From Bispira polyomma (lineage: Eukaryota): DNA of 64,000 nucleotides. Positions 40,452 through 52,742 of this stretch are shown here, one piece after another; the first letter of the stretch is position 1, and every line of letters starts with the position of its first letter. The stretch spans positions 5,146,001-5,210,000 of the forward strand of contig OZ287750.1 in assembly GCA_965649765.1 (NCBI GenBank), read 5' to 3'. The notes below the pieces were generated by a model that was not told where the DNA came from, did no database searches, and saw only the letters and a list, made by a program, of their open reading frames with translations. The position numbers were made by a program, and so were the translations under genes.

Positions 40452-41124
40452 ATGTCTATATTGCATGTTGCATTGATACTGCTTCATCTGATAGCATGCA
40501 CTAAAAACGAGGTACAGATAGCTACCATTGTACCTATCGACAGCTCGCGTATGTTCAACAAGATCCGCATTGCCCCCGCTATTGAGTATGCTTTTAGCAA
40601 GGTGAGGGACCTAGGAATTCTCTCCAAGGAGGTGACAGTGCGCTATGCAGATTCTGGATGCAACAGCGTGGCTGCACCTTTGGCCGCCTTCAACTTCTTC
40701 CGCCACAATCAGGCCCACGTCTTTCTCGGCCCGGTCTGTGACTATAGCTTGGCCCCAGTGGCCCGATATTCCCCATTCTGGGACATTCCTGTGATATCGC
40801 CCGGTGGTATGGCCCATGACTTTGGGGCAGACAAATTCACGGAGTTCCCCATGTTAACGAGGGTCGGATGGACCTTTGATTCCTTGGCACTCCAGATTGA
40901 CTCTGTCTTGGAGTCAAACAGTTGGGACCGCCTTAAGGTACTCTACACAGCCTTTGGCCACAATAAGGTGGCCGACAGGTTCTGTTACTTAGCGATGAGT
41001 GCACTGATACGCCACCTACGGGTGGATAACAGGAGAGAGTACCATGTGTATAACTTTGATGTGAGTAAAGGAGCAGAGGAATATGAGAAGATGTTGAATG
41101 AAGAAGTCGGCACTAAGTATGCAG
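40452..41124 (+). CDS. First coding exon of a natriuretic peptide receptor-like / receptor guanylate cyclase gene (signal peptide + ANF_receptor periplasmic-binding-protein-type extracellular domain)
   Basis: Translation has a hydrophobic signal peptide (MSILHVALILLHLIAC) and NPR-family motifs: IAPAIEYA, YADSGC, HVFLGPVCDYSLAPVARYSPFWDIPVISPGG, EFPMLTRVG, FCYLAM. GC and CpG content rise sharply over the exon. In-frame upstream TGA at 40431; canonical donor GCAG|GTAAGT after 41124 (phase 1). NPR-A/B-like versus NPR-C-like cannot be resolved from this exon. Confidence 0.92.
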
Positions 41125-41980
41125 GTAAGTGTTGCTGGCTTAGGCTTAGGTAATATTATATGTCTAAGCTAAGGTATTTGCAGACTAGTAGAGCAAGGGG
41201 ATATCACTAGAGATTTGAGTAAATATTAGTATCTGTGTCAAAACTTTTAAATATAATAAAAAGAGCATTGAAGTCAATATACATTCACACAATGCACAAT
41301 GCAAATCTAAGTTGTCGCTTGTTATGTGAAAGCAATGGTACATCAACTCTGGTATACCACTCACTAGTGTTTGCATCGTCATCAGTAAGAACCTTTTTTT
41401 TAATTTGTCCCCAAATAGTTTAGTGGTTAGAATTTGATTGTAGATATAGATTTGATCAATCTAGTCTGACTGCAGACTGATTGAAACAATACCTTAATTG
41501 CATCACGCATCACACATAGACACTTCATTTTATCTATTCCGGAGGCATATTCCCATCAAGTATAATTTTTTACACTTTTTAATCTTTATGATTTTTTGTA
41601 TTAAAAACCAGTGCAAAATACAATAGCTTAATTCAGTGCCCGAAACAATAGATCTGCTCAAATAGATCAATGGCATTTGAATGTACAAGGCCCCCTATTA
41701 TTTACCTTTTTAGTGTATTCCAATAATGTCAGTTTTTTTTTTTTTTTAAAAAGACCTTCTTTGTCATGGACATTTGACAGTCAGCCTCACACTTTGCAAT
41801 TATGTTGTGGTTTTTAATAGCAATTTAAGTACCATGCCACTGTGTAAGCAATTGCTTTCCTTTTCTTGCTTTGTACAAGTGACATACCCCTATACAACAG
41901 GTGTAGGCAGATCAATGTGTTAAATCTATCCTTCTTATATCTCCCTCTGTCCCTCTGTCATCTATTGCCACAGTATACCC

Positions 41981-42232
41981 AGGGGCAGAAATGGCCTAAT
42001 GGTTAAAAGGGATTGGCATTATAATCACTTCCCTCCTCCCACCTCTGAGGAAAGTGGCCTAATCTTGCACTGCTTGCTTCAGGTTGGGAAAATATGTCAG
42101 GTACGTGCAGCAGATTAGTAGGATTATACCACAAAATGTGTGTACTAGAAAAGTAGACTGCTATATGCTACTGGCTTGTCCTACATTTGGCGGTCACGAG
42201 ATGTAACAGGCATAAAAACCTACATAAACTCA
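41981..42232 (+). mobile_element. Degenerate family A SINE
   Basis: tggcctaatggtt head, gggaaaatatgtcaggtac core, ggcataaaaacc tail. Confidence 0.55.
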
Positions 42233-43184
42233 AAGTATATCAAAGCACCAAACTGAAACCGAGCAAAAGTTGTAGTATCCAAGTGATGTCAGTCCAATAA
42301 ACACATTTCTAATCTGATTTCATATTTGAATTCAGCATTGGAAGCTCCATCAAAATGAGAACAGGTAATCACAAGTATATGTTGTTTACATGAAAAAGGA
42401 ATGTTTCCAAATGACTTTCATCTCAGTTGAGTTTTGTGCCAAAGTTTATGTACCTGGGTCCCAGCGTTCTTACCCAAGGATTACTTGCATGACGTTAGTT
42501 AGATTCTTGAATTCTAAAGATGAATTTTTTTGTCTATTGCTCGGTGCTGACACCAATACATTACTGGGGATTTGGGCATTCTTTTAATAGAGAAAAACAA
42601 ACCCCATTTACAAAAATGAAATAGCTAGAATGCTAGAGGGAAACAAATTATGTATGGGCTACTCATAAAATGACAGTGTGGCATGTGATCTAGCAATATT
42701 AACCGTAAAAAGAGCAACAAATTATACCTATATGGGGTCACTTTGGCCAAATTATGCTTAAAAACATGGCTATATTTAGAACAACCGAGTGTTCTCTCTC
42801 TGTATATATAGTCATTTGCAGAGCAGGGCCTTTCCATTAAAATAATAACTAAAATAACCTTTTCAATAACAGACTGATGAATATTGTTTTATTGCTTAAT
42901 AAAAAGACGTCTAGACAGCCTTATCGTGTATTGCGACATAACAATGTTTCAGTATTACGATTAAGTGATAGATATTGCCAAATCTGCAAAGATAGGCGGT
43001 CAAAATAGTCGATTATAAAATATATATTATGTGAACAACTGCATTTGCTTGTTTAGTATTGCATTATACTACGGTACTATGTATACAGTGTGTACAGATA
43101 TTTATCTAGGACATTCAGTATAGCACTTTTTTGCAGAATAAAATGCAGTAACTATTACATGAAGATGAGTTGAGTATCCAAGCT

Positions 43185-43385
43185 ATTGTAACACATTCGC
43201 TTTTCACCTCTATGGTCCTGGGTTTGAATCTCGGCCCTGGGATAAACTTGGGAAAGTTGGCAGTGGACGTGTTGAAGGCTGGTGTTTTACAGTGCCGAAA
43301 TTCTTGACCAAGTAGTCTATACCGGTTTCTTCCACTAATAGACTGCTGGTAGTGTTGAAAGCGCCGTTAAACCTTTGCTAAAATC
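43185..43385 (+). mobile_element. Degenerate family A-like SINE
   Basis: gggtttgaatc B box, gggaaagttggcag, ccggtttcttccac, gtgttgaaagcgccgttaaac tail. Confidence 0.7.
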
Positions 43386-43939
43386 AAAGCATACTGTTAG
43401 TGCTCATATGCTATATTTGCTTATCACCATCAGTCGATGCTTAATAGGTGCAAGAGGATGTAATCTAGGATTAGGGATTATCTTCAAAGCACTGGCTGCA
43501 ATCAATATTGAAGCCTATTGTGGGAAATCTAGTCTTGAATCAAATAAGTGATTTCTCCCTTCCCAGCATGCAACCCCTAGTATACCCATCACTATGGCAG
43601 TCATGCAATTTGTTGGCTCTCAATTTACCAGTAATTAGTCTCGCAGGCATTCCATGGCAGAGAGTTCAAATGAGCTGGTCTCCGGTAATTCTAGCCTTTA
43701 ACAGCAACCAGTGCTGTTGAATTTCATGGTAAATGAGAGTTGATCAGACATTGGGCATTGATGGGGAGTGGTAGGGGGAGGGGGAGAAGTGGTGAGGGGG
43801 GGGGGGGGCAAATATAATCAAAACAACTGACCTTTCCTTGGTTCAGAGATAGAATGTGTGTGAGAGAAATACACAATACACATTGATAGAGGTGAATAAA
43901 GTGGATTTACAAGTGTCACTGTACAAGATGTACAGATTG

Positions 43940-44303
43940 AGTTTGCATGTACTCTGTATACTTCACAGTGTGGTACCAGATACACACTGATTATGCATGT
44001 TTTATAGTGTGATACAAGATATACACAGAGTGCACATGTACTCTGTATGTTTTGAAAGTGTGATACAAGATATACACTGAGTGCACATGTACTCTGTATG
44101 ATTTGAAACTGTGATACAAGATATACACAGAGTAAACATGTACTTCGTATGTTATACAGTGTGATACAAGATATACACTGAGTGTGCATGTACACTGTAT
44201 GATTTGAAAGTGTGATACAAGATATACATTGAGTGCACATGTACTCTGTATGTTTTGAAAGTGTGATACAAGATACACACAGAGTACACATTTACTCTGT
44301 ATG
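43940..44303. repeat. 51-bp minisatellite, about 7 copies
   Basis: GATACAAG recurs at 44011, 44062, 44113, 44163, 44214 and 44265. Confidence 0.92.
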
Positions 44304-45576
44304 CAAACCACCGGCTTTCAGCAAGTCTACTGCTATGCAGAACTAGTAGATATATAGAAGAAAAGCTATCGCATGTGTCATTTTACTATATGATATATAT
44401 ATGTGGACACAGTGGAGAGCATGTGCTACTGTACTGTACTGTATAATATGTCCAAAGTGTCTAATACATATGTCACTGTGATAAATGATACATGTGTGTA
44501 GACAGGTCTAAATCATGTGGTCATTGTACTATATGATACCTGAAAAGAGTTTAACACACATGATGTCTGAATCATAGGTAGAATCTATCCTTGTGTCACC
44601 AGTTTTTAAGATGGTAGCAATCATCTTTGTCAAATCTTGACAAACTGTGCACAACATGTAAAATTATGTTTAGCTCAGTTTTTCTGTGACACATGAAGAG
44701 TGGCCAGGGTTGAAATAAGTAACATTTAGAAAGTTAAACTTTGAGTACTGCAGGTTTATTCGTGTACTGCTTTTTGCCATTCTATATTTTCAGTGTCTCC
44801 TAATTTCAGGATTTTTAAAATAACTCTTCCATTTTAGTTTTAGATTAATTATCTGCAAGATTACAAATTCAAATTGCTAAGACAAATCTGTTGACAATTG
44901 ATACATTTACATGTTTAAAATAGGCATTAGGTTGGTAATCAACTACATTTTTACCATTTTGGTAAATTTCATTTTATCTTATCTTGGTGGATTGTTTTAA
45001 ACAAAATTGCTTCAAATTAATTTAATACTCTACTTTTGAAGCATCAAGTAGGAACCTTGTAGTATGTATAACATCTCAGTAAAAGGACAAATCATAAAAA
45101 TGGGTGTCTCCCCAAAATACCTAAATATGTGACTCGATTATAAATGACTTATTTATCACAATAAATCATAGTTTTGTGCATAGTGTGTGTCATATTTTTG
45201 TGTCACCTGATATATTTATATATTGTTTTTAAAGTAGGTCACGTGGATGTATGAATCTCACTTGTCACATTTAACAGTGAGATACATAAAATATTAAACA
45301 TTTGGAATGCAGTTGAAACTGTCATACTAAATTGACCATAAATTTGTCATCCTTTCCGAGGTTGTAAGGAGTGTTTCCTAAACAATACAGTTAAGTACCC
45401 CGTTAGTTATAATTAATAATAGTTTCTGCACTTGTTTATATAAATAAATCTTGAATACTATCCAACTGACATAAAATAAATATGGTACAACAATGCTACT
45501 AATAAGTCCTGTGTTATTTACTTTGTGAAGACAATGTTGTGAAGGAGTGTATGTGTGTGTGTGCATATAGTCTTAC

Positions 45577-45662
45577 ATTTTTTATCAAGCACAGCCTCAT
45601 ATGGTTTACATTCTGAAAGGGCACCGCCATCTTAGAAACATGTAAGGCCTTCATGGATTAGA
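45577..45662. mobile_element. Third, inverted and truncated copy of the 35266 family
   Basis: gcaccgccatcttagaaa...tgtaaggccttcatggatt is the reverse complement of the family core. Confidence 0.6.
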
Positions 45663-46214
45663 TCATCATATAACATTTTAAACATTTGGAAAGCAGGTGA
45701 ACTTTCATACTAAATTTGCTATAGCGATGTCGTTTCTTCTCAGTTTGTATTTAGGAATGTGTCCCACCATTATAGTTACATTTATAACCAATAACTACTT
45801 CAAACCTTAAAGGCTTCATGGGCCAGAGGAAAATAAACTTGTAGTGACCTAAAAATTCTTTCATCAAGGTCATCGTGTGACCTACCAGTTACCCCAAGAA
45901 ATTGTGTAACAGTCTTTGTTCACAGGAAGTCGAATATTTTACCACTATTATTTTGTTATATAAAGCCCCCAGAAAGGCTATCATCTTTATATATTATTGT
46001 ATGTTACAGAGATTACATTAAGGGAATCTAACTGGTTTAATGGTTTTGCCTGTACACACGATTTTAATTACCCATTACTGGGATGTTCCATTGCTTTTAG
46101 CTTTGAGTCATTCTTGGACATCCATACTATGATCCCTATATAGCATTTAGCCTAATTGGTCATCAATATATCCAGTTACTTAGAAATATTTTGTTTGTTG
46201 TACATACAAACTGG

Positions 46215-46345
46215 GAATGTCATTCAGTAGAGATCATACCAGAGTGCCCAAAAAGTGCCCCATACCTCTATCAAGTTTTATGTTCATCAGTGCAGTAGGT
46301 TTTTCATATAATCCTGGTGACAAACAAACCAACCAACGAACACAT
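46215..46345 (-). mobile_element. HINE-like internal fragment
   Basis: atcaagtttt...ataatcctggtgacaaacaaaccaaccaac mirrors the reverse complement of 31685-31765. Confidence 0.45.
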
Positions 46346-46352
46346 TGATATC

Positions 46353-46355
<3 letters not shown>

Positions 46356-46392
<37 letters not shown>
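46356..46392. repeat. (AT)n microsatellite
   Basis: Directly visible. Confidence 0.95.
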
Positions 46393-46395
<3 letters not shown>

Positions 46396-48794
46396 CTTTA
46401 AAACCACAAGTACAAATAGTTCAAGTTCCAAAACAAAACAAAATCTGAGGTGTAATAAAAGACGATTGATGTGCATGTTGACAAATCAGCATAACACACA
46501 GGGGTTTCTAAATTATAGCCTGAGACATTAAATTAATCATAAATGACACACTGTAATATTTTTAAGTACATCAACTACTGTCGCCCATGTAGTACATCTT
46601 CATTTGAGTTGGGAAGTTTAAACCAACTATGAGTAATTAAGTTAAATATCTAAACTCCTCAAGGAAGCCATTAGTAGCTTACTGCAATGAAAAATGAAAT
46701 TGCATTAGCCACATTAGTGTTAATGGCTTACGCCTAGATCACATATACCAGGTTTGGCCCATTGAGCGACTACGTTATTAAATCTGAGATTATCTGAAGT
46801 TATCCTAAAAACAACCTAGATCACCAGTAGAGAAACAATGACATATGCCACTACTCGTCTTTTGACCATAAAAGTTTCGAACTGACCTATACTTTCGTAG
46901 AAATGTTACGGATTTGCTCATTTTTTTCAAACAAAGTAAAGTGTGACTGTACCTGAAGAAAATAAAGTCAAACTAACACAATTCTGTTGGTAAACTTGGA
47001 CATAATGTGTACATATGTAGTTGTGTATACTTAGCCACAAGTTGTAAATTTGCAACAAATTTATAGCAGCAATGTGTAAAACCCAAACATGATGTCATTT
47101 CATCCACCATTTTTCAGCTGATAGCTATAGTTTATAATCATTATTTATCAGCGCATATCTGAAGATGGAAGGGGAAGGGGGGGGGGGGGGGGCTAAAATG
47201 CTGCAATACCTGGAATGTGTAAACCAGGCATTAGCAGCTGACAAAAATGAATCCACTGTAATTCCTATCTGTCTTTGCATTCAGCATGTGCATGTTTTCG
47301 TATCAGTATAGATTTGACCATATCATACACCTAGATACATATATTTATCTATATATATATATCTGTGTGTAAGCCTCCAGAAGACATAAAACAAGAGAAC
47401 ACTCTTGTACAGCTGAACTGGTTGGCTAAGCTTAGCTTAGCGAGTAGCCTTACTCCAGGCTAAAAGTTTTCTATATATAAAATAATAATAATAGCAAGGT
47501 ACTAAGAAATCCTGTTCTGATCTCCTCCACCAGGAAATTGCCTGACGTGATATGACACCAAGCGTGCTGAAAGCAGTGCTAAACCCACAAGTAAACTAAA
47601 TGGGTTTTACCAAAGAAAAGAAGTCAGTTGTTTTGATTTTTTGGTCCTCTCTCACTTGCCCTAGTCCATAGTCTGACCAACTGGTATTTATCATTATCAG
47701 TACTATATACTAGTGTTCAGTGTGTCTATCTAGTAAGTTTGTGTCAAATTGAAATGATACAAAAAATATTGACAAAGACAAATAATTAGAATAATGTGAA
47801 TAATGTGCAGAAAACAGTACTCAAATAATATAATATGAGCATCATATGCAACCACAGAAAATACCAAATCAAATGGTAACTTTGTGACACTGTTAGCCTT
47901 GAGCCAGGCTACTATGGGACTTAATTACTTCTACTCTCTCCCTCTCCAACAGGCTGTTACCTCACATCTGTGGAGTCTTCTACTTCCTACCCCTGCTAAT
48001 ATCAAACGACAGCATTTCTAGCTTTTATGCATAAATACATATATAATACACTGACTGAAGTGCACAGGAATTGTACTTGAAAGTAGTGTGAACAAAACAA
48101 AACAAAATTGACCAAACATATCAAAGCTGGGTAAAAAAAGTTCATTACATTCATATCAAGATTGACTTCTTTTTTTTTTTTTTGGAACAAATTTAAAGGG
48201 GTTGATTATGAAAATTTTCTGTCGTTTTTTCTTCTTCTAAAATTGAAATGGTATATATACACTGTCTGCTGGTACAGATTAGACACTGTTATCAGTTACA
48301 TCCATGTAACCCCTGTGTGTTGGTTTATTGATTTTATTTTAAGTCTCTGACTTTGAAAATATACCCTTCATCTAAAAAAAGATCTACTGGTCTTCGTGAC
48401 AACTATATCCTTCATTTATCACATAGTGATTAGATGCTGTTATTATCAACTTTATTACATTTTCAGGACATATATCTATGGACTGCATCTGACTTACACT
48501 GTTCAAACAAGCCCTTTTTCCCTACACAAATGACTTAGATCTGGAACATCAGCTTATCAAATGTTGCTTTCCAAATATGGTTGTTCAAAGACTACAGTTA
48601 TATTGAAAAGCAATTTTGGTCCATTTAAGATTTGTTCTTTTTTAGCTACTGTAGGTTAGGTTTCCATAATATTTAAAAGATTTTTTTTTTTTGATTATTG
48701 ATTAAGAACAACAATATTGTTAGTAGAATGCACTGATGCATTGATGATGGTAATATGTAAACATTTTGACAAGAATTACTCCATAAAGTTGTTG

Positions 48795-48985
48795 GAGACT
48801 GTGGTGGCCTTGTGGCTAGAAGCATCTGGTCAACTCCCAGTGCATCCTTCATGTGAGACAGTTTCCCAGGTATTTGATATAGGTCAGTGGTTTCCAGTGC
48901 AGAGGTTCATCCACCGATTAAATCTGGTGGTAACAATATGACCAAAGATGTTGAAAGTGATGCAAAACACAAATAAATTCAAATT
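48795..48985 (+). mobile_element. Family A SINE with internal deletion
   Basis: gtggtggccttgtggctag head, ggtcagtggtttccagtgcag, tgttgaaagtgatgcaaaacac tail. Confidence 0.7.
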
Positions 48986-49214
48986 CCATACAGTTGACAT
49001 CTATCTGCAGCACTTCATTGACCTAATGGCTTTTTGATGATGCAATTCCAGTAGTAAGCTAAACACTTGTGTCATTCGTACTTGTACAATTCTCCACTTG
49101 TTACACATTCAGTTAGTGGCAAGATAAAGGAAATTTAGTTATCAATTGACTTTACAAATAATGACAGCTATAACCAATACATTCCCCCAACTGAACACAG
49201 GTGCTTTCAGATGA

Positions 49215-49405
49215 CATGTCAAAGGTTCTTTAGCCTGTAGCTGGTATATGACACAGTGACAAAGACTCCATTTAAGTGGCCATTCACCACCTATCCACCT
49301 TAAGCCACCCTATCCCCTGACCCACCCATGTACCTGTGTGAACCGAAGATTGAACACTGGTCCTCTGGGTTTGGATGTATATGTGTTACCCATTAGGCCA
49401 CCGCT
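49215..49405 (-). mobile_element. tRNA-derived SINE, family B
   Basis: Reverse complement reads gcggtggcctaatgggtaa...cagaggaccagtgttcaatc...atggccacttaaat...gctaaagaacc; the core is shared with 59435-59610. Confidence 0.6.
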
Positions 49406-50124
49406 GTAGACTATGCTGGTGATTGGAAATATCATACTCTTTCTCTGGCACATTAGCTATTAAAACCCAATGTATACATCATTGGGTCCATTGAACTCTA
49501 TTTGAATTTAAAACTGTCACTATTATAGAATTTTTTGAAAGTGTGCAAACATTGCTGTATTTACTTATGTGATAGCTTTGTTGAGAACTACCCACTGAAA
49601 TGTTCAGTGACCTTATATATTCAGATGGAGTTATTTAGCAATGTATGCCATAAATATTCCTTTTAGCTTAATACTGGTCCTTTGTAAACAGACCTTTGAT
49701 CTTGACCATCTTTACAATGCGTTATCCTTGAAAAGTGCAACCTGCTAAATACTACAGACATATAGCTCTTATTTATCATTATTTCACTATTTGCCACAGT
49801 TTGTCCAACACAGTATAACTCAGCCTTAGATTAGAATTGTATGTCTTTTTCGTTGCCCTAAAAACAACTGTCTAAAAAACTTTAGGTTTTCAGAAAGTTT
49901 GACGTATATTAAACAAAACATTCTTATATTGGTAAACTCGACCAACAGAGTAGGTTCTTTGTTTGGTAAGATTTTAAAAACTACAGAAAGTTGAGTTTAA
50001 CAACAGGCTTCTTAAAGAATGCTAGATATGTGGATTACTTCTTTTGTATATTAAACCAACTTTAATGAAAACTACAACCCTCCATATACGTAACTTATAA
50101 GCATATTTGAACTGATAAAAATAT

Positions 50125-50144
50125 TGTGTGTGTGTGTGTGTGTG
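50125..50144. repeat. (TG)n microsatellite
   Basis: Directly visible. Confidence 0.9.
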
Positions 50145-51699
50145 GTGTTCAAACTTAAATTAATTAGTATATAATCTTATTTTACCATGTTGACTAACTT
50201 TTTCATTAGAGTAAACATCTGATAAGTACTTTGTCTTTAAATCTTAATTCTATATTTACTCTACAAATGATTATTCTATTTGATTATTTAACTGGTGATA
50301 ATAATCCTGACCTATCCTATATCGATGACATTTTTGTGGTAATAACCTCTCCAAAAACAATAATGTTTACTATTCCATAAGTTGGCCCTGACTATTTTGT
50401 TATCATCAAGAGGTACTTAATACTGTATTGTGCAAGTTTTTATTTACACGTGTAGGTGTTTGTTTTATGTGAAGTGCTGCAACACCTCTCTCAAGATAAG
50501 TATTGACATTATATTTACGTCTTTGGAAATTCTGTCAGAATTGCTTTTGGGCAACCAAGCGGACAAAGCACGTGATACCATAACCAAATTGACTATACAC
50601 GGAAGATCTTAAGGTTCCTAACAAAGAAAGCATTAGCCAATACAATGTTAAACCTAGGCAGCTGTGAATGACTATTGTGATATGTACAGTTAGTTAGTCC
50701 TACAGTAACTGCTAGTGATTTTTAGGCTGACTATCATAACCACCAAACCACCATTGCCCCAACCATTTCAAATATTGCATATGGCCAGTTCAAAGCTCAT
50801 CATTAAAAATTAGCCCAATTGCCTCACTCGACCGGTACCTGTACATACTCGAACTTTATAACTTTAAACCTGAACTTAAACTGTAGCCCACCTTAAGTAT
50901 GGCAAAATCCTAGGTTGGGCCTTAACCTAAATATATACCTTTATTCTTAATCACACTTTACTAATTATTATAACTTACAATACATAACAGCAAATCCTAC
51001 ATTTTGTCACTATCTTCTGGAGTTTTATCTCCTGTTTAAGTAAATGTGTTGATTTCCTGTCTAACAAATGTAATTTTAAGTCATTTCTAGTTCTGTATTT
51101 GTTATTATCTTCCACTTTAGATTATTCTAATGAGAGATAAATGAATGTAGAGAGGGTATGCTCAGAGTTTCACCACTTACAGATCTTTGTCAAAAACTAC
51201 ATTCTTCAGATGCTCAGAAGTGGACATATTTCAGTAGCTTACCATACAAAACCATAACCCTAACTCCTGTATAGCTGAAAAATTTGTACTATGCTATTGT
51301 ACCTATATAATACCCTCTTCCTGTTATTTAGTTAAGGCAATTTTTGTCACACAATATTTTTTGTTCATATGGAATATTTAATGTTTACATCATTTTGAGG
51401 ACCCTTAATTTTAAGTTACTTTTGTGTATTGCTAACTGTAAACTCTAAGCCATTATTGCCATCACCATAAACTACTCCAGACTGGATACAATAAGGTATG
51501 TCTCCAGGATGACCCATATCTCCTCTTCACCTTTGACAAAGCCATCCTTCACTTGGTGATAACAAGGTGATAAAATGGATGAGATTCTGACACAAATATA
51601 TGAAATACAGGCGACTTTTGAGAAGGGGTAGCTTTAATCTGGAATGATGGTGTGTACAACTTCCTTGACATAGAAAATATATATATGCCTGAAGACGAA

Positions 51700-51860
51700 G
51701 GGCCGTATTCACAAACATTTTTAGGATTTTTAGAGTATCAACCAATCAGATTTTTTTAAACAAATTTTCTCAGCAAATGTCTCAAGCACCAAATTGCTTG
51801 AGACAATAATTTGATTGAGACAATATTATAAGACTAAGGTTTAGACTTAAGACTAAAACT
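51700..51860. mobile_element. One-ended relative of the 5170 MITE
   Basis: Starts GGGCCGTATTCACAAA; internal perfect 11-bp hairpin TGTCTCAAGCA-ccaaat-TGCTTGAGACA; second TIR not found. Confidence 0.5.
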
Positions 51861-52384
51861 ACACATTCTTCTGTCGGGTGTTTACTATTTGTTCTCAGAT
51901 ATTGTCAGTCTGTCACATGGAAAGAAAGCTAATCTAGAATCCCAGGCTTAATCTATTAATTTATGTGTTAAGCTGACATAATAACCATGCATGTACTGTT
52001 TTTGTCACCAATTTTTTTTAAAATTAGATACCATGTGATTATACCAGAAATAATCAAGGGATCACACAGTTCAGACAAACAACAGAACATACAATGGAAC
52101 AGGTGTAATGTAACGAACTGGCTTGACCCAAAGAATCAGTATTTTTTATTATGGGTTTGCTCTCAGGTGGTTTTATAGCTCCTTATGCCGGGCAGAGTGG
52201 ATTGGTTTGCTTTTATATATAAACATCTGTAAACTTACAGTCTATTTTTGTATACAGGAAAATATAGCCATAGAATGTGTTTTTAAAGCTGAAGAATGGG
52301 ACAGTTTTTGCCAAGTACATAAAACATCAATTCTACTGTTTTATTGCTATTTAACAAAACAAAACTTCTCTATCGAATTTTACC

Positions 52385-52540
52385 ATAAAACCTACTCTGT
52401 ACACCCCCACATCCTTTCTTACTACCTTGGCATCTTGGCCATGTTTTTGGACTTCTCTATTGGTTAAAACTGATTCTATTGTTACACTTTAGAAGTTGCC
52501 TCGCATCAATAAAGCTCTGTAAAAATCCAATATAAAACAC
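52385..52540 (+). mobile_element. Diverged 3'UTR fragment of the same L2 family
   Basis: ctgattctattgttacacttttagaag...gcatcaataaagc...aaaaatcc matches 33380-33437. Confidence 0.65.
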
Positions 52541-52639
52541 AATAACGATCCAGTGGTGTTTTGACCTCATAAATATGTGCTGACAGATTTTAGTTACACA
52601 GTGTATTTTTCAACACTGTATATCTCCCTACATTGTGAC

Positions 52640-52742
52640 TCAGAGCACTAAGTGGGCCATCCCAGCCACTATGCCCTTTTCCTTGGAACTCCAGGCTGGG
52701 ATAGAACCCAGGTCTCCTGCATTGTTTCACCCACTAGGCCAC
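52640..52742 (-). mobile_element. tRNA-derived SINE head, family C
   Basis: Reverse complement gtggcctagtgggtg...ggagacctgggttctatcccagcctggagttccaag...catagtggct matches 21253-21320. Confidence 0.55.

Noticed and set aside
41125-41153. C-terminal extension KCCWLRLR* of the 233-aa ORF
   Set aside because: Read-through into the intron past a canonical GTAAGT donor.
43818-44311. 157-aa and 106-aa ORFs, or a CRISPR-like array
   Set aside because: Products of a 51-bp tandem repeat; no unique spacers and no cas genes.
48467-48600. Candidate exon 2 after tttattacattttcag
   Set aside because: The phase-1 continuation hits TGA within about 8 codons and has no receptor similarity.
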